This document shows positions 40,153 through 55,219 of a stretch of 64,000 nucleotides of DNA, piece by piece. The stretch spans positions 25,358,001-25,422,000 of the forward strand of contig OZ024756.1 in assembly GCA_964016885.1 (NCBI GenBank), in the 5' to 3' direction. How positions within the stretch are numbered: the first letter of the stretch is position 1; the number at the start of each line of letters is the position of its first letter. A program made the position numbers and the translations under genes. The stretch is from Eledone cirrhosa (taxonomy: Eukaryota). Under the pieces are notes generated by a model. It saw only the letters and a program-made list of their open reading frames with translations. It ran no database searches and was not told the origin of the DNA.

Positions 40153-40898
40153 GTGAACTAACTGTTGTGTAACCACTTCTACCTAACTCGTCCCTTGGAC
40201 TGAGTGCTCTACCACTACGGATATTACCTTCCGGTGTTCCACCACTATATATATATATATATTAAACATCAACAGAAGGCCGGAAAATTTGCTTTAGAAT
40301 TTTAATTCCATGAAATCACTATACACATCTCTCTCCCTCTCTCCCTATCACTATCTCTCTCTATTTATGAAGGTACCCGGAAAAAAAGCCGCATCTCGGG
40401 AACCGTGCTCCGATTTACACGAAACTTGTTTTATTCTATTTGTATTCCCATTTCAGGTTCAACTTCCTTTCAAAATATGTTCCTATTCTGCGCCGTTTTG
40501 GCTGTATTAAATTACAGACAAGACACAATCACAGAGTTTTTGTAGTAAATAGCTAGTCAAATGTATTTCACAAAATATCAGAACCAATTGTAAGTGATTA
40601 AACAGTTTTTAATTGAAATTGGTTAATTTCCTTCAAATATTTTTGAATGTAAATGCTCTGTTTATTTTCTAAATGCATCACTAACTTTTTCAACGCTTTA
40701 ACGCTTGTTTTGAATGAGATAAACATTGAGCAAATGCCTCGGTCCGTAACTAGCAATTACAACCTATAAGTCTATCTCTACTCTCCTTTGAGATTTGATT
40801 GTATACTGCCAGTTTTGATATATATATATATATACATATATATATTTATCGACTTTCCCCTCCGCCAAAATTACTGACCTTGTGCCTATATAAGAAAC

Positions 40899-40963
<65 letters not shown>

Positions 40964-41323
40964 GAAGAGAGAAGAAACATTTAGATATAATTAGTAATAA
41001 AATGTATCATACCTAAACTGCTCCTAAATTCCTCGACTACGTAGTTTCGTGGCATAAACAAAAACAATATATCATAAAGATATAGAGTCCTTGCGAGGTC
41101 TGCCGACTTATCAAGAGGATACCTCATTTTACTAGTCTCAAGAACGCGTCTACACGACGTGAGAAAGAATCCCAAAAGGCGGAGGGGGAGATAGTCACGC
41201 GATATAACGGTCGAGAAACAGAGCTAAGCCTCTTATAGTTGGGTGCGGATGCATTCATGTATATATGTGTGTGTCCGCGTGTATCTGTGTGTTTCTAAAT
41301 ATATTGTTATATATATATATATG

Positions 41324-41356
<33 letters not shown>

Positions 41357-42209
41357 GTGTGTGTACGTCTACGTATGAGTAATCACAATGCACATTATGT
41401 ACAATATATATGTATACTTACTTAAAACTTACATTTCGATCACTAAACATTCATGCCAGAAACTGTTTTAATCTACTTTCTCTCTTTTTGTTGCTGCTTA
41501 TTTTATTTATTCATTGAAAGCAGAGCTAAATACACCCATCGTTGACATTCTTTGACCATGTAAATGAACACATTGTCTTGAATCTGTTTATAATAAGAAC
41601 GATTTCCTGTTCTCGTTTGCTTCCCTAAACGGCGTCTCTTCCCAAGAACATCAGATACACACATAAACACACACACACATACATGCATACATGCATACAT
41701 GCATACATAGATACATGCATACATACATATATAAATATATACATACATATATATATATATACATACATACATATATGCTGGCTGCTCCCTCATTCATACA
41801 TACACACACACATACATACATGCATGCACACAAACATACGTACACACAAACATACATACAAACATACATACATACATACATACATGGTGGCTGCCAACTC
41901 GTTTTCGAGTACGGCCACTACTTTATATTCATGTAGGGGAACCCCTACCGATGCGCTGAACGAGTGTGACTTTTGAGTCCAGCCAGCGACTTGAAAACTC
42001 TGGTACAAACACTACACTTGTGACAATTATTGACACATAGTGCTTTGACTTTGGTACCATGTGACGACAAGTGCAGAGAGATCTCCAGATATAAAGCAAT
42101 GCCTGTGCCGTGAAGCTTTTATAGTGAGCAAAGGCACTGCACAAAGCCAGTCCCACTCTCTTAACCAAGATGATATTTACCAAAAAGAAGAACAAGTCAA
42201 CATCATTGG

Positions 42210-42495
42210 ATACCATCAGGGTTGCAGGTGTTATATCAGAGTTTTCCTTCTCCTAGAATTCTGCCTTGACAAAGGCTAAGGGGTCATCTCTCCCAGTGAT
42301 TTTGGATGGCCATTGACTCTTAAGAGCTCCTTTGCCCTTTGACAGGTTTTGTTTTTAGTCCTGCAGGATGTCCAAAGTCACCCTCCTCACCAAGAAACCT
42401 TGGTGGGGTTGCCAGTTTAGTCGCCAACGACCCGACCATGAGACAGGTTGTACTGGGATACATGTTACCAGTAGCACCAAGTGGTGACCTGACAT
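42210..42495 (-). mobile_element. Possible RTE-LINE 5'-UTR fragment
   Basis: CAGAGTTTTCCTTCTCCTAG...CAAAGGCTAAG and GTTTAGTCGCC resemble RTE 5' regions as recalled; no ORF support. Confidence 0.3.
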
Positions 42496-42971
42496 AATAT
42501 ACATACATACATACATACATACATACATACATACATACATACATGCATGCATATATGCATACACATATACATACACAATTACATACACATAAACACAGAT
42601 ACATACACACTTACATACATACACACATACACACATACATACACACATACACACACACATGCATATATACATACATAGATACATACATACACACATACAT
42701 ACATACATACATACATACTTAGATACATGCATGCATACACACATACATACACACATACATACACACATACATACACACATGCATATATACATACATAGAT
42801 ACATACATACACACACACAAGTAACAGTTCATCCACTGTTGTGCTGACAGCTTCGCTGTTATTTATTCTTTTTATCGTATTCCTAAGTGTTCCTCTGGGG
42901 ACATTTACATACGGTTGCATTTAAACCTGCCCCACGTACAATGGTATTTCCTTTTGGCTGCGCACATTTTA

Positions 42972-42974
42972 AGT

Positions 42975-43073
<99 letters not shown>

Positions 43074-43651
43074 GGTGATAGTATTAGTGGTGGTGATGGT
43101 GGTGGTAATAGTAGTAGTGGTGGTGGTGATGGTGGTGGTAATAGTAGTAGTGGTGGTGGTGATGGTGGTGGTAATAGTAGTAGTGGTGGTGGTGGTGATA
43201 GTAGTAGTAGTGGTGGTGGTGGTGGTGGTGGTGGTGATAGTAGTAGTGGTGGTGGTGGTGGTAGTGGTGGTGGTGGTGGTGGTGATAGTAGTGGTGGTGG
43301 TGGTGGTGGTGATAGTAGTGGTGGTGGTGATAGTAGTAGTGGTGGTGGTGGTGGTAGTGGTGGTGGTGGTGGTGGTGGTGATAGTAGTGGTGGTGGTGGT
43401 GGTGGTGGTGATAGTAGTGGTGGTGGTGCTGGTGATAGTAGTAGTGGTGATGGGGGTGATAGTAGTGGTGGTGGTGATAGTAGTGGTGGTGGAGGTGATG
43501 ATAGTAGTAGTAGTGGTGGTGGTGGTGGTGATACTAGTAGTGGTGGTGGTGGTGGTGATACTAGTAGTGGTGGTGGTGGTGGTGATACTAGTAGTGGTGG
43601 TGGTGGTGGTAGCGACGGCGGCGGCAGCAGAGCAGTAGTAGTAGTGGCGGC

Positions 43652-43699
<48 letters not shown>

Positions 43700-43745
43700 C
43701 ATGGTGGAGGTGATGGTGGTGGTGGTGGTGGTGGTGGTGGTGGCG
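42972..43745. repeat. (GTA)n/(GTG)n compound trinucleotide array
   Basis: Directly visible; explains the poly-S/G, poly-P and poly-T ORFs. Confidence 0.92.
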
Positions 43746-43802
43746 CACGCACACACTCTCTTACACACTCTCATTCACACACTCTCTCTCACATACTCAT
43801 TC

Positions 43803-44412
43803 TCTTATACACACACTGTCTCTCTCCTACACACACACACTTGCACTCTTATACACACACACACTGTCTCTCTCCTACACACACACACACTTCCACTCTT
43901 ATACACACACACACACTGTCTCTCTCCTACACACACATACACTTGCACTCTTATACACACACACACTGTCTCTCTCCTACACACACACACACTTCCACTC
44001 TTATACACACACACACACTGTCTCTCTCCTACACACACATACACTTGCACTCTTATACACACACACACTGTCTCTCTCCTACACACACACACACTTCCAC
44101 TCTTATACACACACACACTGTCTCTCTCCTACACACACATACACTTCCACTCTTATACACACACACACTGTCTCTCTCCTACACACACACACACTTCCAC
44201 TCTTATACACACACACACTGTCTCTCTCCTACACACACACACACACTTCCACTCTTATACACACACACACTGTCTCTCTCCTACACACACATACACTTCC
44301 ACTCTTATACACACACACACTGTCTCTCTCCTACACACACACACACTTCCACTCTTATACACACACACACTGTCTCTCTCCTACACACACATACACTTCC
44401 ACTCTTATACAC
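43803..44412. repeat. About 50-bp CA-derived minisatellite, about 12 copies
   Basis: Unit TCTTATACACACACACACTGTCTCTCTCCTACACACACATACACTTCCAC. Confidence 0.9.
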
Positions 44413-44634
44413 AAACTCACACTCTCTCACTTTCTCTCTTTCTCTCTCTTTCTCTCTCTTTCTCTCTCTTTCTCTCTCTTTCTCTCTCTTTCTCTCTCTC
44501 ACACACACACACACTTATATACACACTCAGTCTCTTCGTTTTATTTCTTACCCTCTCTACACGGACGTTTAAATTGATCAAAGTTTATACCTTTAATATT
44601 TATTTATGGAATATATTATGTAAATACAGTTTAA

Positions 44635-44830
44635 CCCTTTAGCATTTAAACTGGCCAAATCTGGCCAGAATTCTCTCACCTCTTTCTGTTCAAACCGGCT
44701 GTAGCCAGCCGCTCATACTGATGTTAAGGCATTGTTCTCAAAATAAATAATATCAAAACCTCATAGATTCGATAAAGCCTTTACCACGAAAATATAATAG
44801 TAAATATAGAGTAATGTAAATGCTGAAGGG
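44635..44830. mobile_element. piggyBac-type MITE
   Basis: TTAA|CCCTTTAGCATTTA ... TAAATGCTGAAGGG|TTAA. Confidence 0.85.
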
Positions 44831-44944
44831 TTAATAGAAAAAAAATTTAAAAAAATAAAAATTTAGATTGAGAAGAATGGAATGTTAAATAGGAAAATAT
44901 AAATAAATTAATTAATTAACAAACAAACAAATAAATGAATGAAC

Positions 44945-44976
<32 letters not shown>

Positions 44977-45661
44977 GATGGCGGTCCATCGACATGATAA
45001 TGTTTCATCTATTGGCCACAAGGGCCGACATATAGGAGACAATACAATAGACGGGGACAGTGGGGGGTTTTATATACGAATCGAGTAAAAAATAAGAAAA
45101 CAATAACAATAAAGAAGAAAAATACAACAATGAAAAATTCCTTAATAGGGGGTGTGAGTGGGGTTCCATCGACATGATAATGAAATAGAATTCGAGCACA
45201 ATATTTTACTGGGCCGGATTACAGAAGACTCGGATGATTTCATTGTGGATGTCCTCTATTTCACCCCTTGTGTCATTCGCTGAGAGAAGAATATGAATTG
45301 TTCGGGAGAGAGAGGAGGTGAGTTGGGGGAGGGAGAGAGTGGGAGGGGAGAGGGAGATAAATATATATCTAATAACAACTCTTTTGACCTTAGATATATT
45401 AAAAGCTAGAGTAACAAAACATTGCCCAACTAATTTCAGAATATTAATGGCAAACGGCCCTTGTTTCTTCTTCTTGAAAAACCTCATCCAGCAACACGCT
45501 GAATCTCTCTGAGATTTGCGTTAAGAGTGCCCATGTCTGTGGAATGCTCAGGCACTTGCACGTTGACTTCAAGAGCAGACTATTCCATTGTGCCAATAAC
45601 AACTGGGGCACTCAGGTCCAGTACTCACACAGTTGTTTGTTTGTTTTAAACAACAAATAAT

Positions 45662-46417
45662 TTTCTACTTTCTGGCACAAGGCCAGCAATTACCTAGTAC
45701 ATTACTGGTACTTTATTTTATCGACCCCGTAAGGATGAAATGCAAAGTTGACCTCGGCGGGATTTGAACTCAGAATGGCAAGGGCCGTAACTCTATGCGT
45801 CAAAGCATAACGTCCGACCCTCTAGCGATACTGCCAACCCACCAACAAATAATTGTTTCTACTTTAGGCACAAGGCCAGCAAATACCCAGTGCATTACTG
45901 GTACTTTATTTTATCGACCCCGTAAGGATGAAAGGCAAAGTCAACCTCGGCGGGATTTGAACTCAGATCGTAAAGGGATGTAACTATGCTGGAAAGCATG
46001 GCGTCCGACCCTCTACCGATACTGCCAACAAATAATTGTTTCTACTTTAGGCACAAGGCCAGCAATTACCCAGTGCATTACTGGTACTTTATTTTATCGA
46101 CCCCGTAAGGATGAAAGGCAAAGTCAACCTCGGCGGGATTTGAACTCAGATCGTAAAGGGACGTAACTATGCTGGAAAGCATGGCGTCCGACCCTCTACC
46201 GATACTGCCAAATGATTTCTAGTATAGGCACAAGGCCAGTAATTTGGAGGAAGGCGAAAGTCGATTAAATCGACCTCAGTACGTTACTGGTACTTTATTT
46301 TATCGACCCCGTAAGGATGAAAGGCAAAGTTAACCTTTGAACTCAGACCGTAAAGGGTCGTAACTCTGAGGCAAAGCATGGTGCCCGACGCTCTAACGAT
46401 ACTGCCAATCCACCGCC
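45662..46417 (-). mobile_element. Stack of four head-to-tail family-1 SINEs
   Basis: Copies at about 45662, 45855, 46037 and 46213; outer 22-bp direct repeat TTTGTTTTAAACAACAAATAAT at 45640-45661 and 46418-46439. Confidence 0.9.
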
Positions 46418-46837
46418 TTTGTTTTAAACAACAAATAATATAAAACAAAACTAAAAGAAATATTTATTTTTAAGGGTTCGGTTTGGAGATTTTAGGGGCA
46501 CAAATATCTACCACCACCCCCACCACTCATCCCGCCTAAGAACAACTTTATTCTGCTCGACCTACATAAATGATTAAAATTCCAGGAAATATTAGCCTAA
46601 AGTTACCCTTTCTTTCCATTAGTGGGGCCTGGTTGGAGCTGGTTGGAGTGGGGTGCGGTGGAATGGAGAACCAGATGGAATGAGGTCATCCCCACCACCC
46701 CAAAAAAAAATTCTGTTTCTTTTTTAAATTAATTACACCCAGGGATTGGAATTCTACACTTACTGTTTTGTTCAGACGATTGGCATTAGCAAAAGCAACA
46801 AAAATAACAATAAAAATAACGATAGCAACCACAACAA

Positions 46838-47260
46838 TGGTTTCTTATAAAGGCACAAGGCCAGCAATTTGGGGGGGGGGGGGGAGAAAGTCGATTAAAT
46901 CGACCCCAGTTCGTAACTGGTACTTTATTTTATCGACCCCCGTAAGGATGAAAGGCAAAGTCAACCTCGGCGGGATGTGAACCCAGACCATAAAGGGACG
47001 TAACTCTATGCTGGAAAGCATGGCGTCCGACCATCTACCGATACTGCCAATCCATAATAATGATTGTTTCTGATTTAGGCTCAAGGCCAGCAATTATCCC
47101 AGTGCATTACTGGTACTTCACCCAGTTTTATCGAACCCCCGTAAGGATGAAAGGCGAAGTTAACCCCGGCGAGATTTGAACTCAGACCGTAAAGGGCCAT
47201 AACTCCATGTTGCAAAGCATGGTGCCTGACGCTTTACCGATACTGCCAATCCACCACCCT
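46838..47260 (-). mobile_element. Two further tandem family-1 SINEs
   Basis: Cores at about 46940 and 47140. Confidence 0.88.
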
Positions 47261-47261
47261 T

Positions 47262-47292
<31 letters not shown>

Positions 47293-47613
47293 GCAACAAC
47301 AACAACGTCAGCAAGAACAAACTACAATAGCAAGAAATTACAATAGCAACAACTACAATAACAACCCTTTCTACAACAGTAACGCAAACAGTAACAACAT
47401 CTACAACATCTACAACACCTACAACAACACCTACAACAACAACTTGGATTGGAATCCCTCTACGCAACATGTGTGAGCAACCTGTCATCTGTGTTTATAG
47501 TCACAGTTTATATATTACAGTGAGGGGCGTCCTCAAACCTCCCTACACCTCCCACCACAACCACCTTTTATATATTACAACGAGAGGCATCCCCTGACAC
47601 ACCCGCATCCTAT

Positions 47614-47678
<65 letters not shown>

Positions 47679-47682
<4 letters not shown>

Positions 47683-47869
47683 AACGAGTAGGACCCCGAC
47701 GGCTGAGCTCAAGCCGTTTCGACGACTAATTCAGTGCAGAATTAGCCGTCGAAACGGCTTGAGCTCAGCCGTCGGGGTCCTACTCGTTCCTATTACCCAC
47801 TCTACTACCCTAAGTATTGAGTACTTTGGTGCGTTATGGTCCATCTGGTTCCTTACCACATTTCCTTCG

Positions 47870-47872
<3 letters not shown>
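47679..47872 (+). mobile_element. TA-inserted foldback element, family F
   Basis: Arms TAGGAACGAGTAGGACCCCGACGGCTGAGCTC / GAGCTCAGCCGTCGGGGTCCTACTCGTTCCTA plus tail; (TA)n flanks. Confidence 0.88.
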
Positions 47873-47908
<36 letters not shown>

Positions 47909-47984
47909 TATATCATCATTTTCTAATATCTGTTTCCATACTGGCATACGTACTTTCTTACATACACACACATATATATATATA

Positions 47985-48081
<97 letters not shown>

Positions 48082-48085
48082 TATA

Positions 48086-48147
<62 letters not shown>

Positions 48148-48204
48148 TCGTTTCTGAATTTGTTTAGCAAGATTCTTTATCTGAAATCGTGTGTTGAAAC
48201 CGAT

Positions 48205-48465
48205 ATTGTTATACTTTGGGAGGGTCATGCTGCCAATAAGAAACACACGCACCAGTTGCTTTCATTTCAATTTATTATATATTTATAAATTTATAAATTT
48301 ACAAATTTACAAACTATCTGGTTGTGGAACCAACCAACCAACCAGAAATTTATAAGTTTGTAAATTTGTAAATTTATAAATTTATAAATATATAATAAAT
48401 TGAAGTGAAAGCAACTGGTGCGTGTGTTTCTTATTGGCAGCATGACCCTCCCAAAGTATAACAAT
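48205..48465. repeat. Near-perfect foldback with arms of about 110 bp (TTTGGGAGGGTCAT family)
   Basis: TTGTTATACTTTGGGAGGGTCATGCTGCC.../...GGCAGCATGACCCTCCCAAAGTATAACAA. Confidence 0.85.
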
Positions 48466-48726
48466 ATATATATATACATATATATATATATACAATATAT
48501 TAACAAATGGAAACTATATTTATAAAACCATATTTATTTCATTATACATATTTCAAGGGCCACCAAAGTAAACTATGGTGCGCTTTCATCAGATAAAATA
48601 TAATATAGGTTAGTTTTATAAATAAATATTGACATACCCTTAAAAAATGCAACCATTCTGGTTGAAATCTTCTGGATAGTTTTTTAAGGGTATGTCAATA
48701 TTTATTTATAAAACTAACCTATATTA

Positions 48727-48792
48727 TATTTTATCTGATGAAAGCGCACCATAGTTTACTTTGGTGGCCCTTGAAATATGTATAATGAAATA
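48727..48792 (+). ncRNA. Type I hammerhead ribozyme in foldback element 48494-48915 (inverted copy at about 48533-48600)
   Basis: TATTTTAT CTGATGA AAGCGCACCA..TGGTGGCCCTT GAAA TATGTA TA ATGAAATA; 8-bp stem I with one G-U pair. Confidence 0.72.
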
Positions 48793-48909
48793 AATATGGT
48801 TTTATAAATATGGTTTTATAGTTTCCATTTGCTAATGTATTGTATATTTACTCCAATAATTTGTTGAGTGCTTTATATCAGTTATAAAAATATTTTGCTT
48901 GTTGTATCC

Positions 48910-48955
<46 letters not shown>

Positions 48956-49769
48956 ATAAATTATCGAGATTCGCATTTCCTGCCCACGAAATAACGAAAA
49001 ACAACCTCCGAGATGTGCGGCAAGTGCTCAATGTATAAGGATCGATCGACTTTCGTCAAATCGGACCGAGGAAACAATGTTTCCGTTGGTCTTTCCAGTT
49101 GCTAGTACTATCTATCGGTCGCAACTCCAGGTAGAAGGAGCAACGTGAAATAAAGTGTCTTGCTCAAGGACATAACGCATCGCCCGGTCCAGGAATCGAA
49201 CTCACAACCTCAAGATTGTGAATCCAATTCTCTAACCATTCAGCCACACGCCTTCACAATATATATATATACTCACACACACACACACATATATATATAT
49301 ATACGTATATATAGCGATAGAGGTCCCCAGATTCAGAACACCCTAACCCTAACCTTTTATATTATAAACGCTCCCTCTGGTCTTTAATTTCGCATTTCTA
49401 CTTCTAAGTTTTTGTTCATTTGTTTGTTTACTTTTAATTTCTTGTTGGACGGCAAGGGCTTTGGTATTTAGGAAGGGGAAGGGTATTGCTTGAGGGGGGG
49501 GGTTAATTTTCTAGTGGGAGTTGAGCAAAGAAGATGAAACTGAGACGATAATCTTAACAGTGACAAGGGAACTAGTTTAATCAACAATAACAGCCATTTG
49601 ATGAAAGAGACCGATGATAAATCAAGGAATGGACTGTCGCCACGGCGCCGTTTGTTCTTTTCCACTTCCCAAAAGATATCGGGTAAAACGTTGTGTTTTG
49701 TAAAATGCGTGTCCGGTTCACGATCGCAATGTTGTGAGTTCGATTCCCGGTGGCACCTAGTGTCTTCAA

Positions 49770-49977
49770 CCCTTTAGCATTTAAACTGGCCATATCCTGC
49801 CAGAATCCTCTCAATTCTTTCTGTTCAAACCAGCCATAACTAGCTGCTCATACCTTTGTTAAGGTTTTATTCTCAAAATAAATAATATAAAAATCTCGTA
49901 TATTCGATATTATGTGAGATAAACTGTTTACCGTGAAAATACAATATCAAATATAGAGTAATGTAAATGCTAAAGGG
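49770..49977. mobile_element. piggyBac-type MITE (second copy), inserted in a family-2 SINE
   Basis: TCAA|CCCTTTAGCATTTA ... TAAATGCTAAAGGG|TTAA; SINE sequence continues on both sides. Confidence 0.8.
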
Positions 49978-50372
49978 TTAAGTAAGATATTTTATTTCAC
50001 GTTTCTCCAGTTTACTCAGCTGGAAAAAAAATGAGTTGTATCTGTATTTCAAAGGACCAGACTTGTCAGTCATACATTGTGTCATGCTGAATTTCTCTGA
50101 GAACTACGTTAAGAGTGCACGTGTCTGTGGAATGTTCAGCGGCTTTAATTTACATAGCAACACTATGGTGCGGACGATATTGTTCGATATGTTTGTAAAA
50201 TGTGTCTACAGTCTTTTGTTATCCGCTGGATAAAGATCTCGTTCAGGTACAGTTGCCTAGGTCTTGCTCTATCTAGTGAAAGGGATCTAATTTATTATGA
50301 TCCATACACATAACATATATTGCGCCACGCCTATACCTTGAAACCTACGGTAGCATAATCATCGTGTGTATA

Positions 50373-50724
50373 CAGTAGTCCCCCGGTATTCGCGAGGATT
50401 ACGTTCCTAGAGCACCTGCGAAGATTGAAAAACCCCGAATATTGGATGTGGTCCATAAAAATAAAAGTCAAAATATAACGTAAAATATAATTTTTAAAAA
50501 GAGGGAACGTTTTATGCCAAGGGGCGTCAGATACGGTATATTGTTACTAATAATTTAGCGTTAAAAATATATATATTGCTACGAAAAAAAGCCATTAAAA
50601 AATCGCGGAAGATATTTACGATTCCGCGAATATGCGGTGGTTTCCACGAACAATTATTAGTTAGGTTCTAAGGAAAATTCCGTGAATAACTGGGACCGTA
50701 AATGCCGGGGGGGGGGGGACACTA
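50373..50724. mobile_element. pogo/Tigger-like MITE
   Basis: TA|CAGTAGTCCCCCGGTATTCGCG ... CCGTAAATGCCGGGGGG..ACACTA. Confidence 0.7.
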
Positions 50725-51429
50725 TATATATAGTATGTGTGTGTGAGAGAGAATTGTTGTTACTTAAGACCAGTAAGACCATTAGTCAACGTAGTACTCT
50801 ACACTTAAGAAAAGTAGAGTAGATATTATTTGTAAAGATTCTCTGTCCTGCGGTTAAGCACTTACCATTTCGAAACGCCAAAAGCATTTATTATGCGTGC
50901 GTGAATTTGAAGTATATGTGTCCCAATGTAAATGACCATAATAATAATCGATCTCTATAAACAATAGTTGAGGAAATCAGGTAAAGTTTTCCAAGGAGAC
51001 AGAAAACAATTGACAGAGGTGCCTGCAAGAAATCGAACGCTGCATCTCTCGGATGCCGACCGCTACCCTAAAGAGCCGCCGGTTACAAATACCGTCTTTT
51101 AAAGATGTGCAAATAAAGCGATTGACCTAAGAAACACTGGATGAAAATATTAATTTGGAACTGTCAACAAACTCTTCTGGAATATATTTATCTGGTGGCT
51201 TGAGTTTCAAGTATCATCCGTGTTCGGCAGGTGTGTAACGTGATATTCACTAGATCGTAGCTGGGAATGCTTCTATGGTTTCATCTAAAAATATCTTCAG
51301 TCCTGAACGAATTTTGCTGTCACTATCTTCCGTGAAATATATATCCACAGTCACTTTGTTCATTCTGCAGCCCTGTGGTATCTAGTTCAGTCACAGTACG
51401 AGTCATGTTGCGCAATAGCCTTTTTTCTA

Positions 51430-51570
51430 GCATTGGCACGAGGCCAGCAATTTTAGGAAAGGGGGAGAGTTGATTATATCAACTACAGTATTTCGCCGGC
51501 ACTTTATTTTATCGGCTTCGGAAGGATGAAAAGCAAAGTTGACCACCGAAGGATTTGAACTCAGAACTAC
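51430..51570 (-). mobile_element. Old family-1 SINE fragment
   Basis: GGATGAAAAGCAAAGTTGACC...GGATTTGAACTCAG. Confidence 0.7.
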
Positions 51571-51753
51571 TGATAGGTAGGGGAGGGGTAGGCGAAAGGT
51601 CCAGCTTAAAGGGGGGGGCAAAATGGAGGTTACATGGATGTAGTTGTGTGTATATGCCGAAGGGATGAAATTGGTAGATGTGCGTTGCTTCTGTCTGTGC
51701 GCATGTGCGAACACGTGGGTGTTTCAGAGTCTTATATAGTTGGTATGTGGTGC

Positions 51754-51791
<38 letters not shown>

Positions 51792-52119
51792 GTGCCTGTG
51801 GAGTCTGTGGAGTGCTTTTTTCTGTGTGTCTACACGCGGGTGTGTTACTTACGCACACACACACATACGCACGCACACACACACACACATGCACACACTT
51901 GCGCAACCACACGCCCACATACAAAACAACTCCCTCAAAAATATGTAAAAAAATTTATATAAATAAATATATATATATATTGTTATACTTTGGGAGGGTC
52001 ATGTTGCCAATAAGAAACACACGCACCAGTTGCTTTCACTTCAATTTATTATAAATTAAATTTATAAATTTAGGAATTTATAAATTTCCGGTTGGTTGGT
52101 TGAACCAACCAACCAACTT

Positions 52120-52886
<767 letters not shown>

Positions 52887-53610
52887 GAATGTAGAAAAGT
52901 GACTCACGAGTTGATATACAACAACTACGGAGTAATTACTATACCTCGTAGTCATTAACGCACTGTGGTGAGATGTACTGTCTTTAATGTGTCGAAACAT
53001 CATCGGCCCACAGCAGACAGCCGAAGAGTGGGAATTGCCTTTATCTTTGTGTTTCTCTTACGTTTTCTAAACAATATTTATTAGTAACCACACACCGCCT
53101 TTGTCATTTTTAATCATATATATTTGTTATTTAACCTGATTGTATTTTCCTTGTTGTGATGGCTTATGTGGCTATGTCCACTAGCCGCAGTGTTCAATTT
53201 GTCACACTGTGTCAGTGTTCAATTTGTCTAACGTATAGTTACGCTATCTAACTCTAAGGTTTAGCCTATCGATTTATCGATACATTCTTATTGACTGCTT
53301 CGTGCAAATCTGAATTGTTACTTCGTGGATTTGGCCACTTGTCATAACTTCGATTTTACTAACCTTCCACTTGTATTATTATCTCCTAGATCTAATAATT
53401 AATTAATTTAATTAGATAATTCTATTGATTGATTAATTATTTATGTTTGTTTAATAATTCTAGTTGAGAGCTTCTTAGCTGTCGAAACGGCAAGAGTTCA
53501 GCCGTCGAGCTCCAACTCTTTCTAGTATAGTCATACTCTACTATCCCAAGTATCGAGTAATCTGTTGAATAATGGTGTAACTAGTTTAATTTAATACTGG
53601 TTTAATCCTG

Positions 53611-53665
<55 letters not shown>

Positions 53666-53829
53666 TGCGTGCGTGCGTGTGTGTGTGGGGGGGTGTATGC
53701 GTGTGTGTATGTGTGTGTGAGTGTGTGTGAGTTTGTATATACATACATACATACATACATACATACATACATACATACATACATACATACATACATACAT
53801 ACATACGTACATATATATGTATATATATA

Positions 53830-54823
<994 letters not shown>

Positions 54824-55019
54824 ATGGTGTTTTTCTTAAATTCTATCAAATAATGAATTAAGCATGATAAGTATTTCTATTCTGGCAACTATTTGAAATT
54901 TAAGATTCTGAAACTAAATAAGTTAAAAAGAAAAATAATAATGATAATAATAAGCAGGGATTTGATATTCATAAACACGTGATCCATTATTGGTGGATGT
55001 ATCTTTACATGAAGTGAAA

Positions 55020-55219
55020 NNNNNNNNNNNNNNNNNNNNNNNNNNNNNNNNNNNNNNNNNNNNNNNNNNNNNNNNNNNNNNNNNNNNNNNNNNNNNNNNN
55101 NNNNNNNNNNNNNNNNNNNNNNNNNNNNNNNNNNNNNNNNNNNNNNNNNNNNNNNNNNNNNNNNNNNNNNNNNNNNNNNNNNNNNNNNNNNNNNNNNNNN
55201 NNNNNNNNNNNNNNNNNNN
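55020..55219. other. Assembly gap (200 N)
   Basis: Run of N. Confidence 1.

Noticed and set aside
42905-44642. Gly/Ser-rich 575-aa and Pro-rich extensin-like ORFs
   Set aside because: Products of (GTA)/(GTG) and CA repeats
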